Below, piece by piece: positions 48,987 through 57,847 of a stretch of 64,000 nt of DNA. The notes under the pieces were generated by a model. It was not told the origin of the DNA. It made no database searches and saw nothing but the letters and a program-made list of their open reading frames with translations. The stretch covers positions 355,873-419,872 of the forward strand of contig JBBQZX010000001.1 of the NCBI GenBank assembly GCA_038207335.1, written 5' to 3'. Positions within the stretch are counted from its first letter, which is position 1; the number at the start of each line of letters is the position of its first letter. The position numbers and the translations under genes were made by a program. The DNA comes from Chthoniobacterales bacterium (GTDB lineage Bacteria > Verrucomicrobiota > Verrucomicrobiia > Chthoniobacterales > Chthoniobacteraceae).

Positions 48987-49367
48987 ATGCTTACCCGACT
49001 CCTCCACACTCGATACCGCGTTCACGACTTGGAAAAGACGGTCGCATTTTACAAAGACATCCTCGGGCTCGAGGAGACGCGGCGGCACACGTCACCGCGC
49101 GGGTCGCAGCTCGTTTTCTTCAAGGCGCCGCGGAGCGAGGAGGAGATCGAGATTTGCAAATTCGACGAGAGCGGGCCGGTGCAGGTCGGGCCGGACCTCA
49201 CGCATCTGGCTTTTGAAGTGGATGACTTGAAGGCATTCGCCGCGCAGGCCGAAAGCAAGGGGCATCCGCTCTCGGACGGCCCGACGGAAACCGGCAGCGG
49301 GAGCATCATCGCATTCCTCGACGCGCCCGAGGGCTACGAAATCGAACTCATCCAGCGAGCCCGCTGA
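48987..49367 (+). CDS. VOC / glyoxalase I (lactoylglutathione lyase-like)
   Basis: LLHTRYRV.DLE, HLAFEVDD, DAPEGYEIELIQ. Confidence 0.88.
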   Translation: MLTRLLHTRYRVHDLEKTVAFYKDILGLEETRRHTSPRGSQLVFFKAPRSEEEIEICKFDESGPVQVGPDLTHLAFEVDDLKAFAAQAESKGHPLSDGPTETGSGSIIAFLDAPEGYEIELIQRAR

Positions 49368-49368
49368 A

Positions 49369-49650
49369 ATGGAATTTGACTGGTTGGAGCCGGCGTTCGA
49401 TTTGAAGAAAATCGCGCCGCATGAAATCGAGGAGTCTTTCGAGGATCCGTTCAGCATCCGCCTGCTGCCGGAGGGAGCGGAAGAGCAGGAAAGCGCGCGC
49501 TATTTCAACCTCGGAAAATGCGTCAGCGAGCGTGCGATTTTCTCGGTATTTTGGACGGATGGGAAACGCTACCGTGTCATCCTCGCGCGCGACATGGCGC
49601 CGGAAGAGAGCGCTTTTTATGAACGCAAAAACTCGGAATCGAGCTACTGA
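49369..49650 (+). CDS. BrnT-like toxin
   Basis: 93 aa; MEFDW start, EIEESFEDP, RVILAR...E...Y. Confidence 0.75.
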   Translation: MEFDWLEPAFDLKKIAPHEIEESFEDPFSIRLLPEGAEEQESARYFNLGKCVSERAIFSVFWTDGKRYRVILARDMAPEESAFYERKNSESSY

Positions 49651-49653
49651 CCG

Positions 49654-49932
49654 ATGAAGGTCATCGCTGCATGGTCGGAGATTCCGGCGTTTGAAAGTGA
49701 GGAGGAGGAGGCGGCATTTTGGAGCCAGTCGCGGCTCGATGGACGGCTGATGAACGGCGCGATTTTGAAAGCCGACACGCGTGAATCGACGACGATCACG
49801 TTGCGATTCGACCCGCGGATGCTTGCTCGGTTGAAGCGCATCGCGCGGTCGCGCTACTTGAATTATCAGAGCATGATCAAGCAGTGGCTCAGCGAGCGAC
49901 TAGAGAAAGAGATGCTCGACCGGGAGTTGTAA
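49654..49932 (+). CDS. CopG/BrnA-like RHH antitoxin
   Basis: IPAFESEEEEAAFW; ITLRF...LKRIA...YQSMIKQWL. Confidence 0.8.
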   Translation: MKVIAAWSEIPAFESEEEEAAFWSQSRLDGRLMNGAILKADTRESTTITLRFDPRMLARLKRIARSRYLNYQSMIKQWLSERLEKEMLDREL

Positions 49933-50007
49933 CCGGGATCAGTGATCCCGTCGGGCTGAACGTCGCAGCAGTCCGTCACCGGGCTCAACGATCCAAGCTA
50001 CAGTAGC

Positions 50008-52947
50008 TCAGTTCACGTAGGCGGCTTCGTTCGAGAGGAGCAGCGTTTGCGCGTAGGTTTCCCACGGCGTGAGGGGTTTCCGCTCCACGTAGTCGCCGAC
50101 GTTGCTGATAGTGCGGACGGCCTCGTTGCGGCCCATCCCTTTCATGCTGTTCTTCTCCGATTCGGCGACCGATTTCGTCGCGCGCTCGGTGATCTCCTTT
50201 GCAGCAGCGAGGACTTGCGGCTCTTCCTTCATTTCCTTGCCGACAAACTCGAGACCCATCTGAATTTCCGTCGGCTTAGGTGCGCGCTGGAACATGATGC
50301 GGTAGATGTTGAAAATGCGGTTGAGATTGTCACGAGAGTTGACGACCTCGGGCCGAGCAATGATGCGTCGCGCGACGTCGATCGACATCGGGCTGTTCAT
50401 CAAGAACAACGCTTGCTGCGGCACGACAGTGGAGGCGCGCTTGCTGTTGGGCATGTCGGGATTGCTGAAGTCGAAGTGGGCCATGACTTCCGGCAGATTG
50501 CCGCGGTCGATGTAGCCATAGACGCTGCGCCGATACGTGTAGGGCTCATCGGCGAGATTGACCGGCTGGCCTCCGAGCGTGGAATCGAGCCGCCCACTGA
50601 ACACGAGCAAGGAGTCGCGCACGGCTTCAAACTCCAGCTTGCGGACATTCGCGCGCCAGAGCAGGCGATTGAACGGGTCGATGTTTTCGTAAGCCGGGAC
50701 GGTGTAGCTGCTCTCTTGATAGACCTTTGAAAGCATGATGAGCTTATGGAGCTTCTTCAGCGACCAGCCCTGCTCCATGAAGTAGGAACTGAGATAGTCG
50801 AGAAGCTCCGGGTGAGTCGGAGCCTCGCTCTGCGTGCCGAGGTCATCGGGCGTCCTGACGAAGCCTTCGCCAAAGTGGTGCATCCAGACACGGTTCACGA
50901 TGACTCGCGCGGTGAGCGGGTTCTTTGTGCTTGCGATCGCCTGCGCGAGTTCGTAACGGCCGCTTCCCTGCTTGAAAGAAGTCGGTTTTCCGCCGGAAAG
51001 AATCTCGAGGAAATGCCGGGGCACCACGGGGCCTTTCACGTCGGCCTGGCCGCGGATGAAGACGTTGGAGTCCTTCGGCGTCGGCAAGTCATTGACCACC
51101 ATCGCACGCACGTCGTTGCCGCCACTCGTGAGCTGAAGCTCGTTTACTTTCGCGAAGAGCCAGGTGCTCCGGTTGCGAATCAAGAGCGGCCAGGTGTTAG
51201 TCTCGTTGCGCAGCGTGTTGGTATCGAGCGTTGCGGCGAGGCTGACTCCGAAAGGCTCGGACAGCAGTTCCATCTCGGCGGCGTCGAAGCCCGTGATCTT
51301 GTCGTCCTTGCCTTTCGCCGCTGTGGCAGCCTTCACGAACTCTTTGCCCTTGCCATCGACGCTCGCGAAGAGCTTCGCGTAGATGTCCACGACTTCTTCC
51401 AAGTTGTTTGGAGTCATGTCGTGAAAAGCAGCCGCGACGAGCGGGTTGATCTTCTTGTCCTTGTTGGCAGCGACGGAAGCGGCGATTGCCTTCATGCTGT
51501 CGCCGCCATCGACGAAACGTTTGAAAGGCAGGAAGACCGAATCGCCTTTTCTCAGCCGTGTCTCCAAATGGCGCGCCAGCGGGCCGTCGAGCTTCTCGCT
51601 GGTGCGAAGATCGACGGATTTCTTTTGCTGATCTTCCGGTGCATTGCCGCGGCCATAGTAGGCTGCCAGGATGTAGTCCGAAGCCTTCTGCCGGAAGTTC
51701 CAGTTCAGGTCATCGACCATCTTGTAGTAGAGGTCGCGGTCTTGCTGCTCGAGAACCGCGACTTTCTGACTGAACTCGTTGATGAGAGCCTTGTTGTTGA
51801 CTTGGACGATGACCGGCTTGTCCTTTGGCTCGACGACGCTCGCGAAGATGCCGTGGAGCGCGTAGTAATCCTTTGTCGGGATCGGGTCGAACATGTGGTC
51901 GTGGCAGCGTGCGCACGCGACGGTGAGACCCAGGAAGCCTTTGCTGACGACGTCGATGCGGTCATTGATGATGTCATTTTCGCTGCCGATGCGCTGGCCG
52001 ACTGTCAGGAAGCCGAGTGCCGCAAGATCGGCGGGCGACTTGAGATCCGTGAGCTTATCGGCTGCGAGCTGCTCGACGATGAAGCGGTCGTAGGGTTTGT
52101 CGTCGTTGAAGGAACGGATGACGTAGTCGCGATAGGTCCACGCGTAGGGAAAGCGGTAGTCCTTGTTGTCGTTGGTGTTGCGGTCGCCCGTGGTGTCGGC
52201 GTAGCGTGCGGTGTCGAGCCAGAAGCGTCCCCAGCGTTCACCGTAGCTCGGGGAAGCAAGGAGACGATCCACGACTTTCACGAACGCATTCGGCGTTTGG
52301 TCTTTAAGGAAGTCGGCGACTTCAGTCGGTGAGGGAGGCAGACCGGTCAGGTCGTAGGTTGCGCGGCGAAGGAGGGTTTCTTTGTCGGCGAGAGGAGAAG
52401 GCGCCATGCCTTTCTCTTCGATCTTTTGCAGGACAAATGCATCGACCGGAGTGATGCACCACGCGCGATTTTTCACGGCTGGGATCGCCGGTTTCACGAC
52501 GGGTTTGTAAGCCCAGTGCTGGCGGGCTTTGTCAGTCAGGCCGCTGAGTTTTCCGCCAGTCGCCGCGCCGATGCGCGGGTCGGGAGCGCCCATTTTCACC
52601 CACTCGGTGAGTGCGGCGATTTGTGCGTCGGACAGCTTGTCGCCCTTCGGCGGCATTTGAAGGTCTTTGTCTTTGTAGTTGACCGCGGTAATCAGAAGGC
52701 TCTTCGCCAAGTCGCCGGGCTTCACCGCGGGGCCATTCTCGCCGCCCTTTAATGTTGCTTCGCGCGTGTCGAGCAACAGGCCGCCTTTCGACTTGCCGGA
52801 CTCGGTGCTGTGGCATTTGTAGCAGTTTTCAGCCAGGATCGGCCTGACCTTTTTCTCGAAGAAATCGGTTTGGTCTTTGGTCAATTCCGCTGCATGAAGC
52901 GAGGCGGTAGCGGCGATTCCAGCGAGGCAAATGAAGGGCGTGCGCAT
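50008..52947 (-). CDS. Planctomycete cytochrome c + DUF1549 + DUF1553 protein (paralog of 9780-12767)
   Basis: CYKCH, WLDTARYADT, CARCHDH, NPLTARV. Confidence 0.93.
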   Translation of the reverse strand: MRTPFICLAGIAATASLHAAELTKDQTDFFEKKVRPILAENCYKCHSTESGKSKGGLLLDTREATLKGGENGPAVKPGDLAKSLLITAVNYKDKDLQMPPKGDKLSDAQIAALTEWVKMGAPDPRIGAATGGKLSGLTDKARQHWAYKPVVKPAIPAVKNRAWCITPVDAFVLQKIEEKGMAPSPLADKETLLRRATYDLTGLPPSPTEVADFLKDQTPNAFVKVVDRLLASPSYGERWGRFWLDTARYADTTGDRNTNDNKDYRFPYAWTYRDYVIRSFNDDKPYDRFIVEQLAADKLTDLKSPADLAALGFLTVGQRIGSENDIINDRIDVVSKGFLGLTVACARCHDHMFDPIPTKDYYALHGIFASVVEPKDKPVIVQVNNKALINEFSQKVAVLEQQDRDLYYKMVDDLNWNFRQKASDYILAAYYGRGNAPEDQQKKSVDLRTSEKLDGPLARHLETRLRKGDSVFLPFKRFVDGGDSMKAIAASVAANKDKKINPLVAAAFHDMTPNNLEEVVDIYAKLFASVDGKGKEFVKAATAAKGKDDKITGFDAAEMELLSEPFGVSLAATLDTNTLRNETNTWPLLIRNRSTWLFAKVNELQLTSGGNDVRAMVVNDLPTPKDSNVFIRGQADVKGPVVPRHFLEILSGGKPTSFKQGSGRYELAQAIASTKNPLTARVIVNRVWMHHFGEGFVRTPDDLGTQSEAPTHPELLDYLSSYFMEQGWSLKKLHKLIMLSKVYQESSYTVPAYENIDPFNRLLWRANVRKLEFEAVRDSLLVFSGRLDSTLGGQPVNLADEPYTYRRSVYGYIDRGNLPEVMAHFDFSNPDMPNSKRASTVVPQQALFLMNSPMSIDVARRIIARPEVVNSRDNLNRIFNIYRIMFQRAPKPTEIQMGLEFVGKEMKEEPQVLAAAKEITERATKSVAESEKNSMKGMGRNEAVRTISNVGDYVERKPLTPWETYAQTLLLSNEAAYVN

Positions 52948-52976
52948 GAGTTCGGTGTTCCGGGGTTTTCAAGCAT

Positions 52977-53010
52977 CGTGCTCGTGCCCGGATTTCCAGG
53001 CACGAGCACG
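52977..53010. repeat. Intergenic hairpin between DUF1501 and DUF1549 genes
   Basis: CGTGCTCGTGCC...GGCACGAGCACG perfect 12-bp stem. Confidence 0.7.
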
Positions 53011-53037
53011 AAAGGTTTTCGAGATGTGAGGGGTGAC

Positions 53038-54474
53038 TTAGGCGATGATGTCCTTAACGACTTTTCCGAAGTTGTCGGTGAGCCGGAAGTCGCGACCGTT
53101 GTAGCGATAGGTGAGCTTTTCGTGATCGAAGCCGAGCAGCGCCAGGATCGTGGCGTGGAGGTCGTGGACGTGGACTTTGTTCTCCGCTGCACGCGCGCCG
53201 AATTCATCGGTCGCACCGTAAGTCGTGCCGCCTTTGATGCCGCCGCCGGCCATCCACGAAACCATTGCGCGACCGTTGTGGTCGCGCCCAGGAGTCGCGT
53301 TTCCGTTACGGTCGCGAGTGACAGTGCGCCCGAATTCGCCGCCCCAGATGATGAGGGTGCTGTCGAGCATCCCGCGTTGCTTGAGGTCTTTGATGAGCGC
53401 TGCAGCCGGGCCGTCGATGTCCGTTGCCTTCGCCGCGAGAGCCGTCTCGAGGCCGCCGTGGTGATCCCAGCCGCCGACATCCACCTGCACGAACCGCACT
53501 CCGCGCTCGACAAGCCGACGCGCCACGAGGAGCTTCGCGCCGGTCTCGGTCTTGCCGTAAAGGCTGCGGATTTGCTCGGGCTCCTTCGCGATATCGAACG
53601 CGTCGGTGGCCTCGGTCTGCATCTTGAATGCCATCTCGAACGCCTCGACGCGCGCTTCGAGTTGCGCGTCTTTTTGCAGCGCCGCGGCGTGCATGTCGTT
53701 GAGTTTGTGGACGAGGTCGAGCTGCCGCCGCTGGCGATCCATCGGCGTGAATTGGTTGCGAATATTCAAGATGACATCATCGAGATTCATCTTGGTGTTA
53801 TAGTTCACGTTGCAGCCCTGGTAAAAGCCGGGCAGGAACGACGCCTGCCGCCACTCCGGCGAGCCGCCGATCGTGATGAAGCCCGGCATGTTCTGATTCT
53901 CAGTGCCAAGGCCATAGACCACCCACGAACCCATCGAAGGCTTCGGCAACTGGAGCGACCCCGTGTTCATGAACCGCTGCGCCACGTCATGCGCCGGGAT
54001 GTCCGTCCACAGAGAGCGGATGACCGTCATGTCGTCGATGCACTCGCCGAGTTTTGGGAAAACGCTGCTGACCTCGACGCCCGATTTGCCGGACTTGGTG
54101 AATTTGAAAGGCGATCCGTAAGCGAGCCCATCATGCCCCGGGATGGTCTTATCGTTGTATTTCGTGAGTTCCGGCTTCGGGTCCCACGTATCGACCTGTG
54201 AGGGGCCGCCGGAGGCGAAAAGGTGAATGACCGATTTGGCTTTCGCCTTAAAGTGCGGCTGCTTGGGGAGCAGCGGCGAGAGAGCTTTCGCAGCAGCGGG
54301 CGCGCCGATCGCGTCATACGGATTCATGCCGAAAAGCGACGCGAGGCTCATCGCCCCTAAGCCCATGCCGCTACGGATGAGGAAATCGCGCCGGGTGAAA
54401 ATGATGTCGTCGAGCGAAGGGGAATGCTCGCGGAGAAATTTGTCGGAAGGAGCGCTGGGTTGTTCTGGGTTCAT
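53038..54474 (-). CDS. DUF1501 protein with Tat-like signal
   Basis: TRRDFL, GGPSQVDTWDPKP, ARRLVERGVRFVQ, GEFGRT, GRDHN, GRDFRLTD. Confidence 0.95.
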   Translation of the reverse strand: MNPEQPSAPSDKFLREHSPSLDDIIFTRRDFLIRSGMGLGAMSLASLFGMNPYDAIGAPAAAKALSPLLPKQPHFKAKAKSVIHLFASGGPSQVDTWDPKPELTKYNDKTIPGHDGLAYGSPFKFTKSGKSGVEVSSVFPKLGECIDDMTVIRSLWTDIPAHDVAQRFMNTGSLQLPKPSMGSWVVYGLGTENQNMPGFITIGGSPEWRQASFLPGFYQGCNVNYNTKMNLDDVILNIRNQFTPMDRQRRQLDLVHKLNDMHAAALQKDAQLEARVEAFEMAFKMQTEATDAFDIAKEPEQIRSLYGKTETGAKLLVARRLVERGVRFVQVDVGGWDHHGGLETALAAKATDIDGPAAALIKDLKQRGMLDSTLIIWGGEFGRTVTRDRNGNATPGRDHNGRAMVSWMAGGGIKGGTTYGATDEFGARAAENKVHVHDLHATILALLGFDHEKLTYRYNGRDFRLTDNFGKVVKDIIA

Positions 54475-54576
54475 AATGGGTTGTTGATATCTGGCACAGA
54501 CGGCAAAACCGCGCAACACTGCGGTAGTTGCGCGCGCATTTTTGCGTTTCCGCTTTTAAAAGATCGCGCCGGGCGG

Positions 54577-55215
54577 TCAGTAGAAAAGGCTGACGCCGAG
54601 CAGGCCACCGAACTGGTTCAAGCCAAGGTTGCGGCTTGCGAGTCCGGCGTTTGAGTTGTGCCGCCAGCCACCTTCGAGGAAAGCTCCGCAACGGTCGCTG
54701 AACAAATACCGCACGCCGATCGCGGACTGGAGATTGAACTCGAATGCCTGGCCGAGCAGCCGCTGCTCCTGGTCGTGATACGCGTCGTTGTAAGAGCCGC
54801 CCCCGCCGAGCTGGATGTAGGGCACAAATTTCGCGCCGGGCTGCACGAAATTGTAGCGGAAGAGCAGTGCGACATCCGTGAGGACGTTGCCCGGCCCGGA
54901 GACGATGCCGCCCCCCGCGACCTCGACCATGAGTTCCAGATTGCCGCGGAGGAAATTCGTGCCGGACGGATCGAAGAGCATCCAGCCAAGACGGGCGGCG
55001 CCATCGACGGTATTGAGCTCCGGCCGCTGGCGGCTGCTGTTATTGACGGAAAAATAAGCGCCGGCGCCGATCTGAAACTCGCTGCTGCCGCGATCGAAAG
55101 GCCCGCGGACGTCCACGGTCTGTTTGGCCTCGACGACTTGATGGCCCGCGTGTGCAAACGGAATCGTGCTGACTGCCAGAATGCTGAGTGCGATAAAACG
55201 AAGTGAGGACATCAT
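54577..55215 (-). CDS. Acyloxyacyl hydrolase / lipid A 3-O-deacylase (PagL-like) beta-barrel
   Basis: Signal peptide, RYNFVQ, PYIQLGGG, FEFNLQ, WRHNSNAGL...NLGLN, aromatic C-terminus. Confidence 0.75.
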   Translation of the reverse strand: MMSSLRFIALSILAVSTIPFAHAGHQVVEAKQTVDVRGPFDRGSSEFQIGAGAYFSVNNSSRQRPELNTVDGAARLGWMLFDPSGTNFLRGNLELMVEVAGGGIVSGPGNVLTDVALLFRYNFVQPGAKFVPYIQLGGGGSYNDAYHDQEQRLLGQAFEFNLQSAIGVRYLFSDRCGAFLEGGWRHNSNAGLASRNLGLNQFGGLLGVSLFY

Positions 55216-55389
55216 AGATTTTAGATGCGTGTGTTTGTAGCCGCCGATTGCTCGTTTGCAAGCTCTCCTCCGCGCGGCCGCGCCCAACATCGCATCGGTG
55301 GCGCGCCCCGATTCGCGGAAATCCCGCGATTCTTTCACGAAACGCTTGCCATGCTCCTGCGGCGATGCAAAGTAGCCGCCCCTTTCCGC

Positions 55390-55462
<73 letters not shown>

Positions 55463-55540
55463 TTCTTTCCGCCGCTCCATTCCATGTCCTGTGACGTTAT
55501 CTTCCCGGACTGGGTGCTAAAGGCAAACGGCCGAGTGAGG

Positions 55541-57727
55541 GTGATCTTCACAGTCCTCCTCCTCGCCGCGGCACACGAAGCGGCCGCTGTGGAGCCGGCA
55601 TTTCGGACCGATGTGATGGCTGTGGTCTCGAAAGCTGGATGCAATCTCGGCGGCTGCCACGGAAATGCGACGGGTAAAGGTGGGATGAAGCTTTCGCTCC
55701 GCGGACAAGACCCAGACCTCGACTGGCAGGTCTTCACGCGCGAGCAGGGCGGGCGGCGCATGAATTCCATCGAGCCTGAGAAAAGTCTCATCCTTTTGAA
55801 AGCTACGGGCGCGATTGCGCACGAGGGCGGCCAGCGATTTGCGATCGACTCGCCGGAATACGCGATCCTGCTCGCGTGGCTCCGCGACGGCGCGCCCGAC
55901 TCAGGCGTCCACGGCGCGCAACTCACCGGCCTCGAGGTGACGCCCGCTGAGCGGGTGCTCATCCAGCCGGAGGCCGAAGTGCGTCTGCACGCCGTCGCGA
56001 AATTCTCCAATGGCACCGAGCGCGACGTCTCGCGGATGGCGGTCTATGAGCCGAACACTCTCACCGCGAAAATTTCCATCGACGGCCTCGTCCGCCAGGA
56101 AATCGCGGGCGAAGTGACCGTGCTCGTGCGCTATCTTGACCAGCAGAAGCCCGTGCATCTCGCATTTGTCCCGGCGCGCCCAGACTTCGCTTGGCGCGAC
56201 ACGCCGGCGTCGAACTTCATCGACGACGAGGTGTTCAAGAAGCTGCGGACTATTCGCATGAATCCGTCCGAGCTGTGCAACGACGCGGTGTATCTGCGGC
56301 GCGCGTCTCTCGATCTTCTCGGCATCCTCCCGAGTGCGGACGAGGCACGCGCCTTCGTCGCTGAATCGGCTCCAGACAAGCGTTCGCGGCTCATCGAGGC
56401 GCTGCTGGAGCGGCCCGAGTTCGCGGATTTCTGGGCTTTGAAATGGGCCGATCTTTTGAAGATTGAGGAGAGGCAGCTCGACCCGGAAGGGATGCGAATT
56501 TTCCACGGCTGGATTCGCGAGAGCATCGCGAAAAACAAGCCGCTCGATCAGTTCGCGCGCGAGCTCATCGCGGCGCGCGGGAGCACCTACAAAAATCCGC
56601 CCGCGAACTGGTGGCGGGCCAATCGCGACACGACCACGCGTGCGGAAAACACCGCGCGCGTTTTTCTCGGCACGCAGCTCAACTGTGCGCAGTGCCACAA
56701 CCATCCATTCGAGCGCTGGACGCAGGACGACTACTACGACTGGTCGGCGCTCTTCGCGCGGATCGACTACAAAATCGACGATAACAAACGGACGGACAAA
56801 AACGACCAAAAGGAGTTCAAGGGCGACCAGACCGTGCTCATCAAAGCGACCGGCGCGATCCTGAATCCGCGCACCGGCGAGGACGCCACGCCGCGCTTCC
56901 TCGGAGCCGGGAAGCCGCCTGTGGACAAGGAGCGCGACGAATTGCTCGCGCTCGCCGACTGGCTCCCGCACACGCCGATGTTCGCGAAGATGCAGGTCAA
57001 TCGCATCTGGTTTCATCTCATGGGTCGCGGGCTCGTCGATCCAGTCGATGACTTCCGCGCGACCAATCCGCCGTCGCATCCCGAGCTGCTGGAGCATCTC
57101 GCCGCTGACTTTTCCGAGCACGGCTACGACCTGCGTCGTGTGATCCGCACGATCATGAAGTCGCGCACCTACCAACTCGCCGCCGAGCCGAATGAAACCA
57201 ACGCCGACGACGAGACGAATCTCTCGCACGCGGTCGTGCGCCGGCTCACTGCCGAGCAGCTCATCGACTCGATGAGCGAGGCGCTCGCGACGCCGCTTGA
57301 AATCGACGGCTTCTCGACCGGCACGCGGCTCGCGCAGGTGCCGGAGGGGCGAAAACATTATCACCCGATCAAGACTGCGCTCGACCGGTTCGCCGCGAAT
57401 TTTGGCAAGCCGCCGCGGCTTGTCGCATCGGACTGCGAGCGGACAAATGACACGGCGATTCCTCAGGCATTCCAGCTTATCAGCGGCCCGCTCATGCAAG
57501 AACTGCTCTCGCGAAAAGGGAGCCGCCTCGACCGCTGGATCGCCGAGGGCAAGCCGGAGCGTGAGATGATCGAAGAGTTTTTCTGGACCGCGCTCTCGCG
57601 CCCGCCGACTCCGATCGAACTCGACCGTACCTCAGATTTTCTCGCGAACTCCGCCGACAAAAATCGCGCAATGGAAGACATCGCGTGGGCCGTGTTGAAC
57701 TCGAAAGAGTTCCTTTTCCGCCGCTGA
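55541..57727 (+). CDS. DUF1549/DUF1553 protein with Ig-like insert
   Basis: GCNLGGCHG, NCAQCHNHP, VNRIW, PSHPELL; start uncertain (55484 or 55541). Confidence 0.9.
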   Translation: MIFTVLLLAAAHEAAAVEPAFRTDVMAVVSKAGCNLGGCHGNATGKGGMKLSLRGQDPDLDWQVFTREQGGRRMNSIEPEKSLILLKATGAIAHEGGQRFAIDSPEYAILLAWLRDGAPDSGVHGAQLTGLEVTPAERVLIQPEAEVRLHAVAKFSNGTERDVSRMAVYEPNTLTAKISIDGLVRQEIAGEVTVLVRYLDQQKPVHLAFVPARPDFAWRDTPASNFIDDEVFKKLRTIRMNPSELCNDAVYLRRASLDLLGILPSADEARAFVAESAPDKRSRLIEALLERPEFADFWALKWADLLKIEERQLDPEGMRIFHGWIRESIAKNKPLDQFARELIAARGSTYKNPPANWWRANRDTTTRAENTARVFLGTQLNCAQCHNHPFERWTQDDYYDWSALFARIDYKIDDNKRTDKNDQKEFKGDQTVLIKATGAILNPRTGEDATPRFLGAGKPPVDKERDELLALADWLPHTPMFAKMQVNRIWFHLMGRGLVDPVDDFRATNPPSHPELLEHLAADFSEHGYDLRRVIRTIMKSRTYQLAAEPNETNADDETNLSHAVVRRLTAEQLIDSMSEALATPLEIDGFSTGTRLAQVPEGRKHYHPIKTALDRFAANFGKPPRLVASDCERTNDTAIPQAFQLISGPLMQELLSRKGSRLDRWIAEGKPEREMIEEFFWTALSRPPTPIELDRTSDFLANSADKNRAMEDIAWAVLNSKEFLFRR

Positions 57728-57847
57728 TCTCGCCGCGCCGCGCGGTGTCAAAAGTCGTGTCGTTGGCGCGTTTTTCACCGATGGCACGACACCCGCTTGC
57801 TATGAGTGCCTCCGCCCTATACGAAACCGCCCCGCGGCTCCCATCGC

